DNA of 64,000 bases, taken from assembly GCF_964355755.1 (NCBI RefSeq), contig NC_092680.1:19105045-19169044 (forward strand), in the 5' to 3' direction. Below the pieces are notes generated by a model. That model was not told the DNA's origin. It worked only from the letters and a program-made list of their open reading frames with translations, and ran no database searches. This document shows positions 15,665 through 30,890 of this stretch, piece after piece. Positions within the stretch are counted from its first letter, which is position 1, and each line of letters begins with the position of its first letter. A program made the position numbers and the translations under genes. The stretch comes from Antedon mediterranea (Eukaryota > Animalia > Echinodermata).

Positions 15665-17126
15665 ATGCTAAAATGAAGATGAGCAGAATGGTTGTCAAAA
15701 TGCACTGTTATAAATTCAAACAGTCAAACTATACTATACGTTTGACGTCAGATCATGAGAATTTGGACTTAATCCATTTTGAGCATACTATTTCTGTTTA
15801 ATCTTAGCGAGCACTTTCTAGAGTGAACGTGATCTGCCAAGGTCTAAATCAGATGCTTCCCGGAAAAAAGTCGGAAACAAAGTGGCGATTTTCGTCTTGT
15901 GTTCTTTACGCTATTATGATATAATAATTAGGTCGCTTACGGCGTGTCGATTTATCGTATTTTATTTCGCATTTAGCAATCAAACACTGTTGATGATTAT
16001 TTGTGAGTATCCGGACATCTTTATGATTTATGTATATATATAACAACTTCAAATAGAATCAATATCAAATAACGATCCTTAACATATACTCAATAAAACT
16101 TAATGGAGATTATCAGACTAAATAACTGAAGTACTATAATATATCAATATTTTTATACAGCTCAGAGTTTTGATAAAGCTCAGCATTATAATATTGTGAG
16201 CAACCTTTTCATAATTATAACCCCATGGTTATGCAAATAACATACATTTACTAACTCTGGCGACCGATGTAACATAAACCATTCAAACGGTGACAAGAAA
16301 AATCTATCCTTGCTAGCTACATTGGTATAGGCCCTACTTTTCTTCAGGTCGGAGATCCACTAATCCTTTCCAACCAGACATATACATAAATACACATAAA
16401 TTAAATCTAGCGTTTATTTTTTACTCCTGTAACATTTTTCTCCATGTTTAACTGTGTGTTGTGATGTTTTAAGGAGTGTACTGAATTGGGGTTCGGTCAA
16501 CTGGCTCAGCTACAGTGATTTAGTTCACTCTGTATGTCCCTCAAGCTCTCCACAAATATCAGGGTTTATTTAATCTTTTAAATGCTGAAAAAGACCAAAT
16601 AATATCACAAACTCGGAATTTTTATATTACATTTTTTTTAAACGGCAATCCATTCGTGTATTTCAGTTGAAATCCCACGAACCGTTTGTACTTTTTATCG
16701 CTCTATTAGAAGATATTGAGATTACACTCTTGGGTCTGTAGAAAATGATGGAAACCTTATTTTTATGAGAGTTGTTTCTGTCTTAATAATTCCCCCGAGA
16801 TTAAAGATTCGTTATAACATACATTTGTCAAAAAATCTGTCATTTTAACTGACATAAGACAGCTGCTACGAATTGTGAACTACATATCGCCATTCAAGGT
16901 TTTCATATCAGGTTGTTCTCATAGCTTTGACACCCCGTTTAAACAACTCAAACCCCTAATCTGTTCTGCACTGGCTGCCTGTTATGTGTTAACAATTTAC
17001 AATCTTTATTAGCGTACATATTGTCTGTCGCATTTTAATGTTTTAAAACTGGCAAACTTAAAAATGAATTCCTTTTTAAAATTTATTCTTATAAATTCCT
17101 ATATATATTTTGATTCAGTCTTTAAA

Positions 17127-17640
17127 ATCTGAGGCGTTTGATTGGTTGAAAGTATAACATTACGAACAGGTTGAAAGTTATAAATTGAGTTCTATACGGC
17201 GATCTGAAGCTTCTGATTGGTTGAAAGTATAGCATCACAAACTGTTTGAATTACAGAAATAATTATATCAATAGCGTTATATGCGGAAGTCAATCAGTAT
17301 TTAGATCTGAAGCTTCTGATTGGTTGAAAGTATAGCATCACAAACTGTTTGAATTACAGAAATATATCAACAGCGTTATATGCGGAAGTAGGCCCTAAAT
17401 CAGTATTTAGATCTGAAGCTTCTGATTGGTTGAAAGTATAGCATCACAAACTTGTTGAAGTACATACATAAATCAACAGCGTTACTATGCGGAAGTAAAC
17501 CAGTCTTTAAATATGAAGCTTCTGATTGGTTGAAAGTATGGCCTTACGAACAAGTTGAATTACATAAATAATTCAATAGCGTTCTAAGTGGGCTGAGAAT
17601 AAGTATTTAGGATATGAAGCTTTGATTGGTTAAAAGTTAA
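17127..17640. repeat. ~100-bp tandem repeat, 5-6 units
   Basis: ATCTGAAGCTTCTGATTGGTTGAAAGTATAGCATCACAAAC-like starts at 17127, 17202, 17305, 17411, 17511, 17612. Confidence 0.9.
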
Positions 17641-18887
17641 ATTGAGTGCTAACTCATTTCATATGAACAAAATGTTTGGTTACGGCAAATAGTGCCAGGC
17701 AGCTATTATTGTATTGGTTTACAGAGAATTTAAATGATTTCGATGATGATGAAAGATGATGAGATTATCAATGATCATAATAATAAACGTTTGATTACGT
17801 AAATTGTATGTTATATGGCCTATTTATTGCGATGATCCGTTACATGAATCGATTTGAGTTTATAACGTACAAGGCCAATGCAAATTGATATTCAAACATT
17901 ACCTTCCTATTTAATCAAGAATGTCATCACGTTTTTAGCCGTGAACGTGACTTGGCCTAGTAAAGCTAATATCTCAGGCGGTATCAGCATTATCGATCGT
18001 GTTTACAATGATAGATTCTAATGAATATGTTTTATAATATATGTGCGTATTTTAAATTGTCACCAAGGTTAGTGCTTCTCTCTGTATAGTAATCACAATT
18101 TAATTATTATCACGTGATATATTCAAATTCACATAACACGCATCTGAAGGAACAGTATTTTATACAATGGCGTTAATGGTGATCGGCTCAGCGTGTTCTT
18201 CATCTAAATCAAGCAAGTAGAAGAAAACATGCATAAATCATTTGCGCATAATCTTACGCACGTACAGGTTCACGAGGGAAATGCGGACAATTAAGGCTCT
18301 GTGAACTGACACTTTGCGTAAAGCAACCAATCAATTCATAGTATTATAACTGTCATTGTTCATAATCGACGTTATACTGTAAATCTTCTATCTCTCTCTT
18401 TCTGATAACACACTAATTAAATTCCAGTCGTCGTACGCGCGCGTCTCCAATATTTTTGACGCCAAATAGATACTGTGATTTATTATCAAATCGACCGATG
18501 CCTATGCTCCTGTGTTTAAACTATTTAGGCCTAATGGAACTCCACAATGAAAACTTTACTTCTGAGTCGCTTAAGATTCAAGGAATTAAATGACATCTGA
18601 CATGCTGATTGCTTTTGCTTTTCTAAATAGTATCCCTGTATCCTTGAGGCAATACTATATCGGTCGTAATATTACTGAAAATAATTTGTTGTTTTTATCT
18701 GGAAAGCTTTTAGTAGCGCATGGTATTTGTCAAATTTGCTAAAATATGAGATGTATCTTTTTCAAACTCACGTTTTACTTTAGTTAGCATTCTATTAGTT
18801 ACGTGTACGCGCACGATAGCAGATTATTGCGCACACGTTAAAACGAATTCATTCAAATGGGTGTGTTTTAGCGCATAATACAGTTGA

Positions 18888-19057
18888 AAGCTTGGTTCCC
18901 GCAAGTGACTTGACCAATCACAAGCGATAGTTCGGGTGATCACTCGCGTCATGGTTGGTCAAATTACTTGCGATTCATGCGTCCTCTACGTCCATCATGT
19001 ATTGCGTAAATACTAAAAAAAAGTAAATACTTCGCGTTACTAGTGGGAACCAAGCTT
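18888..19057. mobile_element. Diverged MITE family A copy (further fragments near 690-785, 13250-13362, 15402-15625, 24280-24398, 29590-29680, 48330-48370, 50125-50220)
   Basis: AAGCTTGGTTCCC...CTAGTGGGAACCAAGCTT termini with internal GACCAATCACAAGCGA / TTGGTCAA motifs. Confidence 0.7.
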
Positions 19058-22000
19058 TCTCCGTATTTTGTTTCATCACGAAACGAAAGAAAGTGCCGTT
19101 CAATTATTGAACAAAATCGTGAAAGTGAACATTTGTGAATGTAGCCTCATTCGGCACAAAATAGTAGAATTACTTAATAGAAAATATGAAAAAATCTTAC
19201 GATTTATTTGATGATACATATTACTTGTACGTTATCCTTTAAAAATTAAAAAGTAAATACAATCGAATTACAATAAATAATACATTGCTGTAAAGATTTT
19301 GGGAGTGCCGGTTTGCTAAAGATCAGAGTGAGTAGCCTCTAATACGAAAATCCCACGGCTTATTTTGATAATCATGCATTTAAAATATGTCTGGAAAGTA
19401 GTCCAAATAAGCCTTATATTAGTCAAACATACATCCATGGTGTGTATAGGGATAAAACTAAGTATCGGTTCGTAATTTGGTATCCTTCCGCGACCTTCAT
19501 TCAGTATAGAAAGTACGTCGTACTTTTAAACTTTCCTACAATGTGTACAGATTTTATCAATAGTTGGGATACACAAGGCACAATTGATTTTCTGCCAATA
19601 TGCTATGTTAATATATATAAACACATGTGTTAGTAGTATGTACTTGTTTCGTATCACGTGCCGTGCATTATTTCTTCCATTTCAACGATTGAAGTTTGTT
19701 TTGCATGCTCAGTTATTTGGAAGTGGATACATTTTATTGAACGTTGTAGGCTGATGATGGTCGATAGAACTGCTTTAGACATTCCGTGGCTCCTCCTTTT
19801 TACATTCGATTATTCAAGATGGATGCGGTGGCTTACTGAATAAAAGTTTAACTTGAGAGCAGGTGTGTTATGATATAATGTGTGGCATTCGTTAAATAGA
19901 GAGAGTATTTAAATTCGTAAACTGTCTTTAACATGATGAACGCTTTGTTATTTTTATATATAATAAATATTAGCTTACGTGTTTAACACAAGTAGTGACA
20001 AATAGTAATAGAATTGTTGTAGTACAGTTTTTTGTGAGCAGCTGCAGCAGTTGTAGGTGCAAGATCATGTGATCTGTGATTTCCTTTAAGCCAACGCACC
20101 GTGGGAATTAAATAGGGTGCACTTAAGGATGAGTCGACTCCGGTTAGATTTTCCCAGGTCTTATACAAACTCCCAGGCTTACATCTCATGTCAAGAGCAG
20201 AGCGTCGTATCTGGCTTCCATGGACATCTTTATAGCATTACGTCATTTTCACTCGGGAAGCGAATAACAAGCTATTAATGTTTCCGCTATACCAACTCTC
20301 GTAAGTCAAATGAAGAACATACTACACTGTATACACACTACACAGTTTATACGGTAATATGGTTATTATCTAGTCTGTTTTATGCTAGGTCAATCAAGCG
20401 AAGCCTTCAAATGTGTACTACAGGGATTACCTGTTAAATCCTTCATGTGTTTGGGTCATATGTAAAGTCAGAACGTGACAAAACACAAGATAAAAACACA
20501 TTTTAAAAACTGAGACTGAAATAGGATCTTCAACCTGTAATGGGCCTATTAAGTTTTAACAAAAAGAAAAAAAAAAGGAAGATTTTAACAAAAATTACAT
20601 TGTTGTTTCTGCTTTATCATCGCGTTAGAAAAATAGTGTAAAACAGTAACTGGTACGCTCGTATGAAATGTATTTAAACCACTACAGCTTAAAAATCGAA
20701 TTCAACTTTCAGCAGACGATCACACAAATGGTGAAGATCATCTTTCTCTCAAACTGGTTCCACTAACCAATTAGAGACAGATTTAGGTATTGGCAAATCA
20801 AGAAACTAATAGACATTTTGAGACTAGACGAAAAACAAAAACGTTTAATGTAAAATTTAGTTTCGATAAGATCAATTCGGAGATTTTCCCACTTAACTGG
20901 CGGCTGCTTGTACTAAATATGAATGACCTTTGCTAAATAACGAACGGTCACACATACTCACTTGATTAGTGTCAAACGCATACTGTATTGTATTTGAATT
21001 TGTAGAAAGTTAAGATTTTCTCACCACCTGTATATTAAAAATGATTAAAAAGCGTTTCTATAGATTTTTTTTTCATTCCCATTTAGTTTTCAATCTTACG
21101 ATGTTTTATAAAATACCGTAAACTATAGAAATAATATAAACACATTAATCAAACATGTCATGAGTCTCTGTTTACAATTGACACATCATAAACCACAACC
21201 AACGTATTGCGAAATTGAGTTCACAATGATGTTCGCACATTATTGCTGATACACAGTACTATACATAATGATACAGTTTAAAGAAAGAGCAATATCGCCC
21301 TCATCAGTCTGTTAGTTAGTTTTACATACATTTAAATGAAACATTCAGTTGATTTGATTACAGTTTTTTTTAATTAAACATTTGCCTATTAATGCAAGGT
21401 CTTTGAAAATTCTGAATAGTCAACATATAATTGGTTTAATTTAAATTACGTGGCGTTTTATGAAAACAGAATTAGACTTGATCAGTTTTATGTTGCATAG
21501 AAAGCCTAATCGCTAGCCTAGCAGCCAGACAACAGCCAACTAATAAATAATGGTGTTTTATATTCGGCACAAATAATTTCATTGGATGAAAGATGAAAAT
21601 GTGCTATGTGTCTATTGCTCAACTCTGCGACCAAAAATTGCCTTGACATCCTGGTTTTGCATGTTTTAATTACATACGAATTTACAATAGGGAGTAGGCG
21701 TGTACAACAAATAATGTACAAATAATCGCCTACGTACTAGGCCTATTACAAATAAGAATGTTTTTGAATCTGAGAAATTGACAAAATTGGAACTCCCTAC
21801 ACCGGCCCTAAACAACTTAATTACCGAATGACAAAACACTTTAACGATCAGAAAAACACAAATCGCTTTGGATGACCCAGTGTAAGAACTTTGGTGCCTT
21901 ATCATTGAGGCTTCCAAAGTCACGATTATTTCCCAATAAAGGATTCAGGCGCAGGTGGCGATGAACCCCGAAATAAAGTATAAAACCATGGACTACAACC

Positions 22001-25000
22001 AAAATGAAAGTGATTTTCGCTTGGGAGGTTACTCGATAATGCGACGAATTGAAATCACGGGTCATAAGGTCCATTGTCAGTTACTTCATTTCTAGTCAGA
22101 TGCAGATAAAGAAATATTATTCGCACCTGTTGGTTGCGCAATTCAAGAAATAAACTCATACCAATTCGTGTAAATGCCGTCGCATGAACAGGGTGGTTAC
22201 GGTTACATTTCACAACGGGATTGCTAGATTTAACTACCCATGTGAAGCACTTTGAATAATAAGACGAATAATTATGACATATTTTTTATTGCATAAAAAC
22301 GGTAAATCTTCTTTCACGCTCAGCTGACGATAAACCCACCCGTCTAACCCCGGTCTATTCTATAGGTATTCTAGGCAGATTGGAACCGACTATTGACAGT
22401 TATCATCGGGGGACGGTCAATAGCGTACGTAAAGGCTTTAGGCCCTGGCCAGGATGCCTCTCCAACGCAGGAGGCATCGGGTGTTTTTAGCCTTTTCCGA
22501 CATTATTTTAATGCCTGTTTCCTCTGGACACTGCTCAGACCAGCCAGTAAGCACATAACCGTTACGGCACTGGGGGCGGTGTCGTCACATTATAGTATTC
22601 TACCACCGAACCCACATGTGAATAATGTAATGTATAAAGAATATACTGACAGAATCTAACTTTAATTAATCTAATTATTAGTGCATTGAATATGCTAAAA
22701 CGGATCATTTTTTTTTGCATATTTTAACCGAATTAGCGCTTAACATTACGCTATTACAGGCCCTGATGTCTCAGGGCCTGTTTTCCAAGGCTGGGCCCTT
22801 TTCGAAGATAAGATTTTCTTGTAGGCCTATCCATTGCTAATATGTAATTAGGTTTATTAATAAAATCCCACGAGACTGCGCGTTCTAATGTAAGCTAACA
22901 TAATTAGTCAGTATCACGTCAACGACAAGAGATTTCATTTTCCCAACAATCAAAACAGACGACTATACACTTTCCCGGTTTTGTCTTATCATTTTCACTT
23001 CTATAATGTCCAGGGGCGATGCCATAGTTCAAACATATCCCATATTTGAGTAGTAGCCATCTCTTAAAGTAGCAACACCAAAATCCCTTTGTCGAGCCCA
23101 TCGGTACGTTAGGTTCGGAAGAATCCGATAAAAGAAGCTGGAGGCAATTGGAATTCCATAATAAGACCAGGGAATTATTTTTTCACCTCTCTGATAAGAC
23201 CTTAATTAAATAAATACCCGTAACATCGGTTAAATCTCGGCACAAGTCCACTAAACACACACACATAATAATTGCCATTCAAATCACACTTGTTAAAAAT
23301 GTATTATTAGTAATGACATCTTGTTCGACGTCAATTATATAAATTTGATCCTGCTATTATTAATAATCAGCAATTTAACCTAACTAAACAATGATAAATT
23401 AGAACAAATAAACAAGCCGTACTCATTACAGGTTTTAGTATCCTCTTTGTATTAAAGTAGAACGCATAGCTGACCCTTGGTGTTATTTGTGAATGATTAC
23501 GGATCGATAGTCTGTCGGTTCTATATCCCCTATGATGACGGGCAAGGTACGTGTAATTAACTCCAGTGCCATTAAAATAGTATGAATATTGACTGATGGA
23601 TGTCGCTGCGTCACCGAAGCGCACTAATTTATTTGATCAAAACCAGGCCACTTGATCAACTGTTTTTATTTTTTGCTGTCTTTAACCTTAAAGAAAATGC
23701 AGCCTGTCTAAATATAAAGCTATAGGCCTAGATGAAATATACAATGCTCACACGCAGACCTTTCTTTCTAAACATAGAAAGAGGGGATACTGCAAAACAT
23801 AATATTATTGTTATTATTATATAGTTACGTAAACGTACCTGTAATAAAGAACAAGAAGGAGAACAATTCAACATAAACACAATTATTATTTATAACCGAT
23901 TTTGAATGAAAAGTAGGTCACACGAAACGGAAACAACACGGTAAACCCCGGCAGATACACAACAAACACACCCAATCGATCATAATAATTTATCCACGGA
24001 AGAATGATCGTCGTTGAACCAATCTCCATTTTTGTATTGAATTACTCGATTTAATCCCTTTCATAGGCGGATCCCGGGGTTACAATTCCTCGCCCTTACC
24101 CTTTCGGAAATTAGAACGCAAAATAGGCTTGTTTTGGTATTTACTGAGCATGCACACTTTATTGGTTAAACAATTAACCGATACTTTTGTTTTGGGCTGC
24201 GGAAACACGGCCCAAGTGAGAGAACCAGGGAAGTTGAACTCTTCCCTGAGAACCAAGTTGTTTCCACTTTATACGCCGATGCAACAGCCGCAGCGGAAAG
24301 AGTGACGTAGTGCGAACTTGACCAATTACAGGCGATGAATTCTTCTGTGGCTTTGCATTGGTCGACTTGCTTCCTTGCGTCCTCTTGGATCCAAGCTTAT
24401 AAAAGACCATTGAACGATCGAAGCATTCCATGCGCTGTTGTAGTAATAATTAATTACAATAGAAAGTGAGAATTACGTATGTCCTATTTAATTAGCATAA
24501 TAATAAGGTAATATTCCTTCAAATTTTGTTATTATTAATTTTTGAATCAAATCATTACCGGTATTTTCAAGCGACTCCGATGAACTGGGCCTACATTTTC
24601 TTACAATGACAATTTAGGTTAATATTCTACATAAAAAGATAAAATGATAATATTGTAAATAATAATGTACCGTACGTATTCCACAGGTGTGTGATCGGAT
24701 AGATCAGTGTATAGCTTAGTGTTAATCAATATTAGTACAATACAATATTATAGTAATACAATCCGATGGTTAAATTAACTATACTAATCGACTGAAGGGC
24801 GCCTAAATACTCAGACAAACATACATATTTCAATATTAACTAGGTCACGTCACACTATTCAGAATTCTTGCAGTCTTTATTGGTATTTAATGTATATTTG
24901 TATGATAAGTTGTCGCTTTGATGATTGCGAGACGAATACATAACGGTACCACTGGTATACATTGTGATGTTTGGAGTTAGTTTATTTGTTATATTGTCAC

Positions 25001-25217
25001 AAGTTCGGTCAAAAAGAACCGTGTGTTACAAGAGAGAAACCCCTATCATCGGACATCTCCGCCTTTTGTTCAAACTGTATTTCTTAAGTACATTTTGTAA
25101 ATTGCAAAAAGAAAAAAAAACCAGCAAATTGTAATTATTGCAAGAAGGCGAATACAACAAATGGTGATGTCTCCTGAATTTTGAAACACCCCGTTGTATA
25201 GTTTTAAAGGTTTCCTT

Positions 25218-25520
25218 GGGTGAGTGGCCGAGCGGTTAAGACAGTGGAACCGTAATTACGTAGCCATTGGCAAGGGTACGAAGCTCACTCGTGCCATGGT
25301 TCTGGTGATAGAACGAGTCTTCTCGGATAATAACTATAAACTGTAGGTCCAGTGTACACATTTACCTCATGTGAACCTAGTATCGTAAATCTGTCGAGAC
25401 GAGTAGGGGTTAACCCGGTGTACTAGTACATCACAGCCACTGATCATAACTGGGCCCTCTGGGAGACCAGTCTTTGGCTGAAGAGGTCGCCTAGTATAAA
25501 TAAAATATTTCAATCAATTC
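25218..25520 (+). mobile_element. Second copy of the tRNA-derived DeuSINE
   Basis: Colinear with 38148-38460 (TGAGTGGCCGAGCGGTTAAGACAGTGGAA...GAGTAGGGGTTAACCCGGTGT...CTGAAGAGGTCGCC), B box damaged, ATTTCAATCAATT tail. Confidence 0.8.
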
Positions 25521-28093
25521 CTGCTGAATAGAATTGTCCTCTCCAGTATATAGGTGTCTCAAATGAAGATGATTTTACTTTATCTAAATTTAGTATAGGG
25601 CCTAACAGTAGTAATAAACATTTTTTTTAAATGGAGATACTAAGTTCAAATACATGAGGTGTTATATCGATTCCGCCGCTTTTCTATAACGACATAAAAT
25701 ATGAAATCGTCCAATTATCGTCTTTTAATATTGATTCCTGAAACGGAAATGACTTCCTTACTGACTCATAGTTCACTTTAAGATATTGAGACCGGAATGT
25801 GTCGGATTATATAGTAGACAGTTGTTGTCTATAGACAGTCCAATGTCAATAAAGGTGATGTGATTGCTAAAGTAGTTCGTTCATACCATCATCATTTATA
25901 AAATAATTACGTCCACATTGCTAACATTATCCATTCACATTTTGAAATCTAAGTATAATCTGAATACCTAAGGCCGATGGAACTTCATATGTTCCTCAAC
26001 GTGCGCCTAATCGTCCGTGACGTATACACGTCCGCGGCAGACACGAACATGTGACAGGCGCGTGCAAATGTTGATGGAAATGTATACGACGTTCGTACGC
26101 GCATGTAAACTTCAAATAAATCAATGTATACCGTGCCGTAGGCCTACTTTAGCTAATTAAATGCTTTTGGCCAATTGTTGTTTTTACCGGTATAAAATGA
26201 TTCAAAATACCTAGTATCATTCCTGTAGATTCTCCTATATGTTGTAACCGTATCTCTGATATTAAAATACATTGCATTTGACGTTAACTTTAACCTTAAA
26301 AACAATTCCTATATATACAGAACTAAAACTGCAACACTGATGATAATTACGTCACTTTTAAGAATGTAGGGCTAGTGCAAAGCAACCGATTCCTTCACTA
26401 AAAAAAAAGAAATTCGTCGTTGTTGGTAAACAATTATATTGACACTAAACATGTACTTTATACGATAGAAAAGTTCATAGCCAACCGTTATTGCATTAAA
26501 TTTGCAATAGGCAGATATTATATGATAAAATATCTCTTTGTATCGTTGTGCCGACATGTGAAATCGAATCAAATTAACAGATGCAATGCTATAATGTAGC
26601 TGTTAAAATATATTCGACAAAGAGCCACCAGTTTTAATCAAAATTCTAAATTTTAATTTAAAAAGGTTGGTAGCTAACAAACATGATTAAATTAAAGTAA
26701 ATAGTATGATAACCTTCATTCGTCATCAAATAAGTTATTATTATTTATTCCCACTCAATTATTATTTTATGAGTTTGATGGGGGTTAAAATTGTGTGCCA
26801 CGGAAGGATGTTGACTGATGCGCGTTCGAAAACCAACCTGCTGTATGCGCCGTATAGACTAGGCCGCCGCCGACTTCGCGGCCAATAGAAGCGCTGTATT
26901 GTGTAAATTTACCTCCCGTCCTCACGTTTCTACTTCTACGTTGAAGATGGAAGCAGCGGATTAATTGAATAAAAGTTTCCGTGACGTGTTATAAAACTAA
27001 CGAATGTTTTGTATCCGTTACATGGGACTAATATGTTCATTGCTTACTGCCTGTCTTATTACTCGGATCAACTCGGCTCCACTCGGCTCCTCCGTTTCGG
27101 ATCTGATTTCTTCGTTTTTTTGGATTGGAAAGAGTGGGGTGGTGGTTAGGTTTTATTAAAATGACGGGAAATCATAATAGTTAACAGTTTATTAATCGTA
27201 ACTTTTCAAATCTACGGCATTATAGGAATTTAATTACGAAATATAAGCCGTTGACAATTCTGTACATGTGTTGAAAATACCTGCAGCCGGCGATCTACCT
27301 ACACTTTTGCTACCATCCATCTGACGTTTCAAATTTGGAAACTGACGCAATCCGTCTTTTCAGAGATCATCTATATAGTACCGGAAGGGTAGGGTTGAAG
27401 AAAGCACTGGTTCACACTGTTGAACCAGTGATAATTGATTGAGGAAGTATTTAATGATCAAGACAATTAAGGGGTTTGAACTAATACCCCTTACATTTAT
27501 TTGTTGACGTTATACATTTTACCAAGCCTGTTTCTTTCCCCTCAAATGTTACCCCTCATAAAACATCTGGCACCTGTTGGTGCAATGCTATCTCCACAAG
27601 CAGGCCTACACAGTTATAACACCAAGGAGCCATGCGAGTATCACCGACCCGCTTGAGATAGGAGGATCCTGTTTATTTGCATTATGGATGTGCCCTTTGC
27701 ATTTAGTAAACTTTCTTAACAATATCGATCAATCATACTTACAATATAATATTGATAACAAAAATGGTGGTTTTATATTAATGTTCTACACTCTCTACCA
27801 TTGCCCTCTTTATCGTTTCCTATCGTTCAAAGGAGAAATTAAGAAGCAAGCGATATCCGGTGAAAGCTGGTAGTGTAATATTCACCGAAGTTCACACACA
27901 GTCTCGGAAACACGTGCCTCTGATAAATAAATGTGTACTGCAACGTATACGGGAGATGAGTCACCATTCGCCTTGCTTCTTCCTTTTTAAAACCTTGATC
28001 AGACATCTGTCATTGTCCAGGGGGACTTCAAATGAGATCTGAAACAAGTTAATATTGGTGTGTATAAAATTAATATACAGTCAGACCATTGAT

Positions 28094-28190
28094 AGAGTTT
28101 GGTGTGGCGTACTGTGATAATGGTACTACCACCATTATACTCTGACAGAGTTTGGTGTGGTGTACTGTGATGATGGTACTACCATTACTG
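28094..28190. repeat. 54-bp tandem duplication of a quasi-palindromic unit
   Basis: AGAGTTTGGTGTGGYGTACTGTGATRATGGTACTACCA twice. Confidence 0.8.
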
Positions 28191-29256
28191 AACCCATACG
28201 AGAGGAAACATACAACATCAAATTGTCATTTTAGTAAAAATACTAAAAGTAAGCAATAATCTGAGCTAAGAATTGGTATTTGAATTTTCTATAGGCCTAC
28301 ACGATAATTACATTTTATTTTTACTACTAATGTTTTTGTTCTCATTTACCGTAAGTACCTTGTTCAAGTCGCCGTTCTTCCCCGGGTTCTCCCCCCCCCC
28401 CATCCCAAACAAAAACAAACACACTGATTAATAATACAAAAATAATTAAAAATAGAATAGGTCATTTGCCGTTTTAAAGTTTTTTTTACTTGTTAAAAAA
28501 CGAACAAAAAAACAATGATTTTACTTTGGCATATACACAAACATACGGTTAAATTGAACCAAAAACCCATTTTGACTATTTTTTGGGGTTTAAATTACAG
28601 TTTTTTTATGTAAATTACTTTTTTTTCAATTTTTTTGATCAAATTCAATAATTATTATGTGACATTAAATAGAATTATTCACAATCTTTAAGATATCAGC
28701 TTGGATTTTTTAGAGAAAATCTTTTAGGAAATGTACACAGGCCTGGACGTGACACATATTGTTGGTGGGATCGGATATATACAAATACTTTACTGTATGA
28801 ACACGTCTTTATAATATGATTTCTCATAAATCACCAATAACTGTCATTTTATTTATCTAATCTGTTTATAAATACACCATAAATCACTACAATACAAGTG
28901 TTTATCCTACAGTATCTTTTCTTTACACTTGGACAGCACAAATGACCGGAAGTTGACTTCACCAGTTTAATCCGACCGATACTTGACCTTTGTTTTGCTG
29001 AAGATGAACTTTACATTCAAAAACACCTTGCGATAAAATTATGAAAGAGATTGTTTTGGGAAGGATGCTGAATGTCCTGCTGGTCATTGGTCAGTGACCT
29101 TATTAAAGTTAAGGAAGTTCTCGCACCTTCTTGCAAGTCATAACACGCTGACCACAATGACAATGTTGATTGTGATTTTAAGTATTTATGACAATTATGC
29201 ACCTGCATTTTTCCAGTAAATTTTGGATAAAACAAAAGAATGGATCATCACTCTAA

Positions 29257-29412
29257 TGGGCCTTTCACACCTGCTCCGGCACGGTTCCGTTCCGGCGACG
29301 GCAAATACGCGCATATCGATTGGTGCTTGGCCACGTGGAGCGTCGTGAAAACGAAACATTGGCGTTCGATTCGCCGGACCGGAACCGTGCCGGAACAGGT
29401 GTGAAAGACCCT
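29257..29412. mobile_element. GC-rich MITE family C (Harbinger-like), ~40-bp TIRs, TAA TSD
   Basis: TAA|TGGGCCTTTCACACCTGCTCCGGCACGGTTCCGTTCCGGCGA ... TCGCCGGACCGGAACCGTGCCGGAACAGGTGTGAAAGACCCT|TAA. Confidence 0.85.
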
Positions 29413-30330
29413 TAATGCGTAAAACGTTATCCAGATAATAGGCCTACGTGGAAACAAATGTTCGTTTCGATTTCTCTTATGTGGCGTATTCTTGGTACTG
29501 TATTCTTTTAATTACCTGTACGTGAACCATAACATGAAAGAAACCATTCGATGCGAAATTCCTAAAGTGTTTTTGTTTTCAATATATAGGACTTACGCAA
29601 GGCCAGAACGTAACGCAAGGCCAGGACGTACGCGTAACGCAAATACTTGACCAATCGTCGATATCATTCGTTGCGCATGCTTACAAAGCTGTACCGTCGT
29701 TGTGATACGTTTTGTGCAATTATATATACTCGACTTTCGAAATCATGAGGGTGTTAAATTCATAGAGACCTTCATGTATGTTGTGTACCTTATTTGTTCG
29801 CAATTACAAAAGCCCAGTGATATAATTACTGTATGGACAATAAAAACGATTAATTATCGACGCGCGCTTCTTCCTGGCGACAGACTTTTAATCAAAATTG
29901 CAAATCTTACGTATAACAATATGCATATATTACTACCCACCTTCGAGATCAAAGGGATCGGTCTTGAATAAAAAGTGTTGATGATTATAAACATATCGCC
30001 TTGCCTTCAATCTACCCATTGTCAATACACGATTTGATCAATATTTTAAATCTGTAACACTCTTTTTGAATAATTATTTTTTATGAGATTGGAAATGTGA
30101 CCTATATATATTTTTTGTCTGAATGATGCCGTATGTTTACAACATACCAAAATTAATAATAATATAGTTGATTGCTGCACTGATATTTTGCGGTTTGTTT
30201 TTCATGTCATATTCTTTGTAGTATTTAGGAACATAAACATGTTATAAAATTCGGTGAGCAAGTTCTGTGGCCGGATTCGTTACTTCTGCTTGACCGAGAA
30301 TTACCCTTTAGGGTTTACAAAAGTGATTGA

Positions 30331-30497
30331 CTTAAGTAAGGCCTATTGATTCGTTCTTTTGTTTTAACCAGTATATATTGGCTACTTTTTTGTATACGTT
30401 TTAATAGCCTTAAGTAGGGCCTATTGATACGTTCTTTTGTTTTAACTAGTATATATTCATGGCTACTTTTATAACTGTTTATACGTTTCAATAGCCT
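30331..30497. repeat. ~80-bp tandem duplication
   Basis: CTTAAGTARGGCCTATTGATWCGTTCTTTTGTTTTAACYAGTATATATT...AATAGCCTT twice. Confidence 0.85.
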
Positions 30498-30890
30498 TGC
30501 CGGTAGATATTAATTTAAAGTCGAGACCTGCTTTTATTAACATGTTACATACGGAAGAAATCACATAATCTGTTTGCAATTCATTTGTAACTCAATATGG
30601 ATGGGGTGGTCGTATCCGTCAGGTTCATGGCAAGTTTGTACCGTATATCTCCCTAGCGGTCTACTCGACGGTCAAGGGAGGTCCTTTCACAGTTTACCAA
30701 ACACGCCGTTGTTTTCTATCGTTTATTTTTCATGTCTACTTCAATGAAACAAAAAGAAAGAAAATAAATATTCCGTCTGATTAAATATTAATTTCATTTC
30801 TAAATGTTTGCATTCACATTCATAAACAAAATTGGTATAAATACTATACGCACTTACTGTACTGTCGCTTTTCATTGGTTAGCTCGCTAA

